A stretch of 64,000 nt of DNA from Eledone cirrhosa. Taxonomy: Eukaryota. Position numbers and translations under genes: made by a program. The notes beneath the pieces were generated by a model that saw only the letters and a program-made list of their open reading frames with translations, made no database searches and was not told the DNA's origin. Positions 55,440 to 64,000 of the stretch are shown here, one piece after another. Location of the stretch: the NCBI GenBank assembly GCA_964016885.1, contig OZ024753.1:34162001-34226000 (forward strand), written 5' to 3'. Positions within the stretch are counted from its first letter, which is position 1; the number at the start of each line of letters is the position of its first letter.

Positions 55440-55976
55440 CCAAAACCACCCTCCTCCATAGTTGGTCAATTCCAGGTGAGAGGGTGATTGAAGCAGTTTA
55501 ACGACTATACTTCTCGTGGGAACCTCTCCAGCCAGCTACTTCTCGTAGGATCCTCTTGGTCAATGCCAGGTTAGATAGGGACATGAGCACTTTACAGGCG
55601 TAAACATCTCGTACGATCAGCTAAACCATAATCAGTGCCTACTTAGAGGGCGTAAACTTCTCATAGGATCTTCTACAGCCATCTAAACCCTGGTCACTAA
55701 AACCACCCTCCTCCACAGTTGGTGAAATCCAGGTGAGAGGGCGATTGAAGCACTTTAAGGGCGTAAACATCTTTACGATCCTCTACGGCCAGCTAAACCT
55801 TGCTCAATGCCAGGTTAGATGGTGAAATAAGCAGTTTAAGGCCGTATATTCTCGTGGGATCCTCTACGGCTAGCTAAACCATGATCAGTGCCTGTTTAGA
55901 GGGTGTAAACATCTCGTAGGAACCTCTACAGCCAGCTAAACCCTGGTGAATGTCGTGAGAGGGCAATTGAAGCACT
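55440..55976 (+). repeat. Degenerate tandem repeats (GGATCCTCTACGGCCAGCTAAACC...CCAGGTTAGA)
   Basis: Recurrent motif; inverted relatives at 61740-62220. Confidence 0.75.
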
Positions 55977-57749
55977 GTTTAAATAATTATTTAAACATTT
56001 CTGAAGAGAGAAACTAAGAATGTATATCAAGTCTCTAAAGAATGATGAAGTGTCTTAAGACAACGCTGTCAAGTGCATTTCTAAACTTTGCAGTCTTGAC
56101 ACATCTATACGTTTCGGCACTTGTATCCCTAATACTCCTTCTTTTTCATACGCGCTTTTGTCTATTTCCCTTCTCTGACCATCTGGTCACTTCCTGTATT
56201 AGTCCGTCTCTACTTCAACCCCCTCTGCTACAGAACAGTAATTTATTTTATCAACCCAGCCAAAATGAAAGGCAAACCTAACCATAACAGGAGGGTTTCG
56301 ACTCAGAAAGTCGCAACTAAATATTGTAAAACAACCTGTCCGACATTCTACCGATACTGAGTGTTGTAACATAAAAATTGCTCAAGAAAAACCGTATGTC
56401 AATACGGCGCTAGTAACAGGAGTATTTCAACTTTGAAGATTGTAGAAAGTCGCATCTAAATATCGTAAAACTATCTGTCCAACATTCTAGCGATACTGAG
56501 TGTTGTAAGGTGAAATCAGAAGTCTCTGCGACTTGTGATTATAAATTATACAAGTTGAGAAACACACCAGCTAGGCACAAGTTGAAAAACGTAAATCTGC
56601 TGTTCTCAAGCTTTAAAAAATACCAAAGAAACACCGTATGTCAATACGGCATTCATATCAGGAGTTACAGGATGTCAATACAGCGCCCTTAATAGGAGTT
56701 ACAGGACAATACCATACCATATATATAAATTCTGTACTTAGACACGGGAAGGGACGGGCTCTGCCAGGCTTTAAAAATACCGTTGCCGCCGTGGCCACTA
56801 TCAAAAACGACTTTTACAGGTCTTGGGACAATGCTCACCCCATGACATCAAGATCATCCTGACGGACCCAAACGCTCACATCATCATCATCTGCCGGGTC
56901 CACAGAAGAGCTCAACTCGACAATACTGATCATCGGTTGCTGATTGTGAACGGACCCTGACACCAAGTCTGGGTGTGACGTCCTTGTAAACTCAAGACCC
57001 CTTCCCAAACGGCCCTTTTTAAATTGTCGCCAGCGCTGCTCAACAGGATACACATGAAAGTAATTCGTTCGGAATACATATTTTTTCATTAAAAAAATTG
57101 TTAATGCGTTGTATATATTTATATGTATATATATATATCTTCCTAATAAATGTAGCGGTCCTGGCGTCAGTACAGAGGTAAGTAATCTATATTTTTAATT
57201 ATTCATAGAAGAAAAAGATATAAACGAAATGAATGGAGGTAATTCGTTCGGAATTGAAATTTTCATGAGAAAATTGTTAGTGCGTTGGTCTCAAGACGAT
57301 ACTTTTAATGAATATAATTTCATAATTTATAGAGAAAAAAAGGTTCAGAGCTCGAATCCCTCATCGTCACCATACCACCAATGCGCTAATAATTTTCTTG
57401 TAAAAATATCTTTACTCAGAACCCCAAATTACCTCCCTTCGTTTCGTTTATATTTTTTTTAAACAAAAATTGTGAAAAGTACCCATAAGTATGTGTTTCC
57501 AACTCAGTAGAATTGCGGCCTTCGAGGTGGCGCGCGAGCTGCGTCTCGGATCGCCAGTCCCAGTGACTGACGTTCGTTTCGTAGTGGCGTGCGACTGCTA
57601 AAAGGGCCTGGGACTGTCTGGGCCGGTACGTAGATACTGGCCCGTCCCAGACCACCTCGGAGAATATTTTTGCTAAAAAAAAAACGTGAATTATCTCCCC
57701 TTGGATTTTACCTCCCTTGATTTTAAGAATCCATTTTCATTTAGTTAAT

Positions 57750-58706
57750 TTTTCCAAAACACCTATTTCATATAGAATTTTTTTTTCGACCTTTCAAAAA
57801 CACTCATTTCATATAGAATTTTTTTTCGACTTTTCAAAAACACACATTTCATATAGAATTTTTTCTCGACTTTTCAAAAACACTCGTTTCATATAGAATT
57901 TTTTTTCGACTTTTCAGAAACACCCATTTCATATAGAATTTTTTTTCGACTTTTCAAAAACACTCATTTCATATAGAATTTTTTTCGACTTTTCAAAGAC
58001 ACCCATTTCATATAGAATTTTTTTTCGACTTTTCAAAAACACTCGTTTCATATAGAATTTTTTTTCGACTTTTCAAAAACACACGTTTCATATAGAATTT
58101 TTTTTCGACTTTTCAAAAACACACATTTCATATAGAATTTTTTTTCGACTTTTCAAAAACACACATTTCATATAGAATTTTTCTTCGACTTTTCAAAAAC
58201 ACCCATTTCATATAGAATTTTTTTTCGACTTTTCAAAAACACTCGTTTCATATAGAATTTTTTTTCGACTTTTCAAAAACACTCATTTCATATAGAATTT
58301 TTTTTCGACTTTTCAAAAACACTCATTTCATATAGAATTTTTTTTCGACTTTTCAAAAACACTCATTTCATATAGAATTTTTTTTCGACTTTTCAAAAAC
58401 ACCCATTTCATATAGAATTTTTTTTCGACTTTTCAAAAACACTCGTTTCATATAGAATTTTTTTTCGACTTTTCAAAAACACTCATTTCATATAGAATTT
58501 TTTTTCGACTTTTCAAAAACACCCATTTCATATAGAATTTTTTTTCGACTTTTCAAAAACACTCGTTTCATATAGAATTTTTTTTCGACTTTTCAAAAAC
58601 ACTCATTTCATATAGAATTTTTTTTCGACTTTTCAAAAACACACATTTCATATAGAATTTTTTTTCGACTTTTCAAAAACACTCGTTTCATATAGAATTT
58701 TTTTTT
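57750..58706. repeat. 40-bp minisatellite, about 24 copies
   Basis: TTTTCAAAAACAC(T/C/A)C(A/G)TTTCATATAGAATTTTTTTTCGAC. Confidence 0.97.
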
Positions 58707-58711
58707 TTTTT

Positions 58712-58955
58712 TGACACTTCATTTAGGTTCTTAATTTCTTCATTTTTTAGACACTTCATTTAGATTCTTTTTTTAGACACTTCATCTAGATTCTTTTTAG
58801 ACACTTCATTTAGATTCTTTTTTTTAGACACTTCATCTAGATTCTTTTTAGACACTTCATTTAGATTCTTTTTTTTTAGACACTTCATCTAGATTCTTAG
58901 TTTCTTTTTAGACACTTCATTTAGATTCTTAATCTCTTCCATTTTTTTAGACACT
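58712..58955. repeat. About 27-30-bp repeats GACACTTCAT(T/C)TAGATTCTT
   Basis: Reverse complement of the GAAACTAAGAATGTAAATGAAGTG motif repeated at 59450-60280. Confidence 0.85.
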
Positions 58956-59496
58956 GTTCAAGGGAGATAACTCCTACTTTGAAAGAGTTACCTCCCTTTA
59001 ATAAGACTTTGCTGAAGGGAGATAACTCTTATTTTGAAAGAGTTACCTCCCTTTATTTTATATTTTCGAAAATCTGCTTAGTTTCTTTATTTAGAAACTT
59101 CATATACACTTACGTTCTTTATGGTACGTCTTACTTTCATTTTCTTGTAGACTCTTGGTTTCTTTATTCATTTTTGTCAAAATAAACTGAACACAATTCG
59201 TATATAAGAGATAAACTTTCTTTATTCATTTTTGGCAAAATAAACTGTATAATATAATATGTAATTTTTCTTTATTAACAGAAACTACGCCATTCCCACT
59301 TGTTACGGTAAACAGCACAGCATATGAACTTGAAGGCTGGACATCTGTAAAAAGAAATGAAAGTCATTTACATACGTTATCAATAAAAAGAATATTAAAC
59401 TTTATAAAATTCACCCGATTTTGTCTTTTCTTATATATATATTTAAATAGAGGAAACTAAGAATGTATATGAAGTTTCTTAAAGAAAGAATATAAG

Positions 59497-60280
59497 AGTG
59501 TAAATGGTTATTGGTTACGTAGATTAATAGTTAAAGCGATATCGATCTGGTTAATATTTGATTACGATGATGATATCTAACAAAAAAACAACTAAGAATA
59601 TAGACGAGTTTCTAAAGAAGGAAACTTCAACTACATTCTTAATTGTTTTTTAGGAATGACAATGACAAACTAAGAATGTAAATGAAGTGTTGAAAAGGAA
59701 CAAAGAAAGTAAATGAACTTTCGTAAGAAGAAACTAAGAATGTAAATGGTTCTATGTTACGTGGGTTAATTTGATATCGATCTAGTTAACACTGATCAAC
59801 AGTTAAGTGTTGAAAAGGAACAAAGAATCGTAAGAAGAATGTAAATAGTTATTGGTTACGTAGATTAACAGTTAAAGCGATCTGGTTAATCCTTACGGGG
59901 TCGATAAAATAAAGTACCAGTAATGCACTGGGTATTTGCTGGCCTTGTGCCTAAAGTAGAAACAATTTGATTACGACGATAATATCTAAAAAAACAACAG
60001 CAACAACTAAGGATGTAGACGAGTTTCTAAAGAAAAAAACTTCATCTACATTCTTAGTTGTTTTTTAGGAATGTCAATGACGAATAAAGAAACTAAGAAT
60101 GTAAATGAAGTGTTGAAAAGGAACAAAGAAGGTAAATGAACTTTCGTAAGAAGAAACTAAGAATGTAAATGGTTCTGTTACGTGGGTTAATGTGATATCG
60201 ATCTAGTTAACACTAACTAAAAGTTAAGTATTGAAAAGGAACAAAGAATCGTAAGAAGAAACTAAGAATGTAAATGGTTC
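59497..60280 (+). repeat. About 340-bp tandem duplication; the second copy carries a truncated family A SINE (59891-59963)
   Basis: TGGTTAAT|ATTTGATTACGA is contiguous in copy 1 and split by SINE sequence in copy 2. Confidence 0.85.
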
Positions 60281-61310
60281 AAAACTTAAGTCATCGGACT
60301 TTACAATCGTGAGTTCGATTCTCAGACCGGACTTTGCGTTGTGTTCTTGAGCAAGACACTTTATTTCACGTTGCTCCAAATCACACAGTAGCAATTAGTT
60401 GGACAACAAAAGGTTTCTTTCTACGTACAAGAGAATATATGTGTGCGAGAAATGAAGCTGCCATGCTTCGTTGGGTATGAAAGAAATAAAAATGTAGCTG
60501 TAGCTGTATATAGAGGTTTTTTAGAAGGAAAGGTATATTCCTTTATAGAGAAGGTTTATGTATTTTTCTTAGTAGACAGTATATAGCAAAAAAAGAAGAT
60601 AGTAAAACCTATTTTTGTGTTTCAAGAATATCTGCTTGTGTTGACAAGGTTTACTATGTATTCAATAAAGAAAGATCTACAGAATGATGTTTATAGAGAG
60701 AAATTTGAGTTATATTTCTTAGAAAGTATGTATATAGTGTCGAGATGACTTAGTTTAGTTTCTTAGAAGAGGTAACACTATTTGTATGTGTAGTTTTTTA
60801 TTTATTTATTTAAAAGAAAGCATGTGTCTAGTGGGTGAAGATGTTCCAGAAAGCCACATAAAATACCTCTTCACGTGAACACAATAGCCAAAGTGTGAGA
60901 GTTATTGACATAAAGTGTGTGTATTTAATAAAATGTAAGACAGTTCGAGTATAGAGCAAAGAAAACATTACATACCTCCATACATGAGGGAAGTAATATC
61001 CAAATCAATTTTTTTCAAATAACCGGAAGTCAATAAAAAAAGAGAAGAGTTCCATAAAGAGGAGGTAACTCTAAATAAAGGGAAAGCAAAAATAATTGCT
61101 CGCGCAGTCCAGGACGCAGGCTTGCATATAGCCAGCCTGAAAATAGTTCCGACTGCCGAAGCCGCGATTCGAGACATAGAACGGCCACGCCATACATAAG
61201 TAGGCGATGAAGTCCGAACAGCTACGCGCGTCGCCACGCGAAGCCACAATAATACTCTGTAAATTAGTCATATTTATAGCTAAAATTTTATTTGTTTTTT
61301 AATAAAATAT

Positions 61311-61763
61311 AGAAAGCTCGATAACACGCCCCAAAATATGTTCTGTGTGTTACCTTACTCTCATTCCGTTTCTATATATAAATTAATTTCAAAACTATTA
61401 GTATTTAGTAGATATATGCCGAACAATTAATATGTAAGTTTCTGTAAATTGAAAAATTAGTATATATATATATAAAGTTTGTTCTAAGTTTATCATTGGG
61501 TTTCCTTGTTAAGTGTCTCAGATTACAAGACTCACCCTTGATAGGATATCGATCTATCTCAGGATTTACTCCCTAGCTACTGAGTGTACTGGAGCAACAT
61601 GAAATAAAGTTGTTTTTTTTTACACTTGATTGTGTTGGCTGCTAACAACACAGAAAGAAGTATACAGCAGATTTCTTCCAGAGACAGCCTTTAACAAAGT
61701 TCCCTGTTCCATTATCTGGAGTAAGAGAGACAGGCGAGGTTTAACTGGCCGTAGGAGGTCCTA
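61311..61763. repeat. Right arm of the inverted repeat (partner 54105-54524)
   Basis: See the left arm; contains about 45 extra bp around 61511-61555. Confidence 0.92.
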
Positions 61764-62689
61764 CGAGAAGTTTATGATCTTAAACTTCTTATTTCGCCAT
61801 CTGACCTGGCATTGACCAAGATTTAGTTAGCTGTAGAGGACCAGGGTTTAGCTGGCCCTAGAAAAGCCTACAAGCAAACCACGCCCTAAAGCCATTACTT
61901 TCATCCTCTAACCTGGCATTGACCAGGATTTAGTTGGCTGTAAGGAAGTATACACCCCAAAACTGCTTCTTTCACCCTCTCACATTGTCTAAGGTTTAGC
62001 TGGCCGTAGAAGATCCTTAAAACTGCTTTTTTTGCTTGCTAACAAACCATCGACCACGTTTTATCTGACCATAGGCAATCACATGAGAAGTATATGCCTT
62101 AAAACTGTCTCTCACCTGCTAACCTGGTATTCACTGAGGTTAACCTGGCTGTAGAAGATTCTATGAGAAGTATATGCCCTAAAATTGCTTTTTTCACCTT
62201 CTATTACTTTAGCCTGGCAATGACATAATTTGACTTTGTAACATATATATGTACTCTTACTAGTAAAAAGAATTCTGGCTAAACCTATTTCTGATTCATA
62301 GTTTATGAAAAAATATGTTACATATATCTGTCTTCCAAACAGATTACTTCCATTCATTTCGTTTACATATATATTATATACATATATATATTATTTTCCA
62401 CAAATTAAAAATATAGACTAATTAAACTGATATTTTTTATTAGTGTTCTATATGTTAGTGAAGGACAGGTACACTGGTTCTCAACAACACCCAGATGGTG
62501 GCATGCTAAACTTAGTGAAGGGGTGGGACACTTGAAGCAGAGATGAGCACTGTCAAATATTTCTAAAGCTCGTTGAACTGTCATGATGGAGACACAGTAA
62601 AACATATAGAATAGCACCCCAACAGCTGACTGCACCAGCTATGGGAAACTGATGTATATTAGGGCTCCCACTAATTCTGCATAATGTTC

Positions 62690-63105
62690 AGTTGAGTAAC
62701 ATTTACAATACATATGGTCACTAACATGCAGCATTGCTGCTTGTTTACACGCATCATACAATATGCCCTTCATTCTGAGGGAAAACCTTTTGTAGCTAGC
62801 AGTGGTAGTAGCTCCCTGGACTTTTTTCATCCCGTTTTCATTCTGGCTACTGTACTTTTGAAACACTCTCCTCCACTGATTTAGTCATCCAGGTAATGGA
62901 AACAGTTGACTATTTCTACAGAGCCCTCTGGGCATTTTAAGGAGTTAGTATCCTACGAGCTCTTGCTATTTAATGCACCTGAGATCCCACTAAATCTCTT
63001 GTGCACCCATAGTTTGCATGTGGAACATAGGAAGATATTTCTACCTATCCTGTCCTGCACACAGAGAAAGGCCATTCCCCAACAAATGCCAAGTAGAAGG
63101 ATTTA
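62690..63105 (-). pseudogene. Decayed RTE reverse-transcriptase C-terminal region with Cys-rich insert
   Basis: EWPFSVCR / CSTCKLWVHKRFSGISG / EIVNCFHYLDD..SGG..STVARMKTG.KK.RELLPLLATKG / LRMKGILYDAC..AMLH, with stops and frameshifts. Confidence 0.8.
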
Positions 63106-63399
63106 CCTTTTAACTAGGTACTATATGCTGTGTTGTTTGCCGTAACCACTGAGGGAATATTTTTACAAGTCGAAGTTTCCTGAACAGTGATGAAGTGTCT
63201 GTTAATAAAAAAAATGTTTACATATTATTTACAAAAAAAGATTTTGTTAATAAAAAAATCTTTACACATTATTTACGAGTTGTGTTCAGTATATTTTGAC
63301 AAAAAATATATTAAAAATTCTACATATTGTATACGAGTTGTGTTGTTACTTTGACAATGAAAAAAATTAGCCTACTAAATGGCTTGGTTTCTGAAGCAC

Positions 63400-64000
63400 A
63401 TTTTGTAAATGAAACTTTACAAGAAAATGAAAGATCAGCTACTGGAATCTTCCAAACTCTATCATGATTAAATCTGAAACAGTTTTTTGCTGATCATCCA
63501 TGATGGCCTAGCATTTGATGCTCATTTGTATGAGAGGAAAATTATGAATGACTCAGTCAAAAGAAAATGGCTTACATATAACAAAGAAAATAGATGCTTA
63601 TATTGTTTATACTGCTTAGCCTTAGAGTCTCCCAACACCTGTAATCTATCACCCTTTGTACGTGGCTTTAATTATTACAGGCGTGTTAGCCAGAGCTTGG
63701 CTTTTGTAAATAGATGTAGTGACAAGATTTTACAGATGAATATGGATGACAATCGAATATTGGAAATTGATACTTTGGAAATATCATTGCCAGTTAAAAG
63801 ACAGGAAGAAAAAAAAGAATGGCAGATGAGCTTGTTAATAATGAAGGAAATTACTCAGATTCTGTAGCTGATTTTCAAGTAAATGTGTTTAACCTAATAA
63901 TGGATTGCATTATCCAGTCACTAGAATCACACTTTGTACAACACAAACAGTTGTATAAAGATTTATCCTGCTTGGACCCTGCAAAGTTTAAAACTATTGC
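63400..64000 (+). pseudogene. Internally deleted hAT (ZMYM1/Tip100-like) transposase remnant, running off the window end
   Basis: TTF-type zinc finger RKWLTYNKENRCLYCLYCLAL...FVRGF joined to C-terminal-like FQVNVFNLIMDCIIQSLESHF...LSCLDPAKF, with frameshifts. Confidence 0.75.

Noticed and set aside
55996-56022. CTGAAGA-GA-GAAAC hammerhead-like string
   Set aside because: There is no room for stem II or III; it is part of the GAAACTAAGAATG repeat.
57549-57560. GATCGCCAG resembling the 7SK 5' stem
   Set aside because: There is no partner GATC and no other 7SK motif; likely chance.
57750-58706. 40-bp array as CRISPR
   Set aside because: Units are contiguous and near-identical, without spacers.
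54105-61763. Single 7.6-kb TIR DNA transposon
   Set aside because: No TSD or transposase is found between the arms, and homologous repeats continue beyond the right arm.

Overview
AT-rich, microsatellite-saturated animal DNA, intronic or intergenic. The SINE repertoire suggests a coleoid cephalopod (octopus-like); this is an inference. No intact host protein-coding gene is visible, and nearly all listed ORFs are translations of (TA)n/(CA)n/(CAT)n tracts. The window holds two abundant tRNA-derived SINE groups (Meta-domain-like and CORE-like), decayed RTE and CRE non-LTR retrotransposon pieces, a hAT transposase remnant, Tc1/mariner MITEs and several tandem arrays. The most striking signal is about nine distinct families of small elements sitting inside (TA)n tracts. 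They carry type I hammerhead ribozyme motifs and are often built as fold-back hairpins (antisense arm + sense arm + short tail), as expected for Penelope-like pLTR remnants. Two of these families have an unusually long (about 60-85 nt) stem II, and one shows compensatory base changes between copies. A 7.1-kb, 64-bp satellite with higher-order structure derives from a zinc-finger-coding segment. The 54-63 kb region is a modular mosaic with inverted repeats, promoter-like motifs and GC-rich structured islands.
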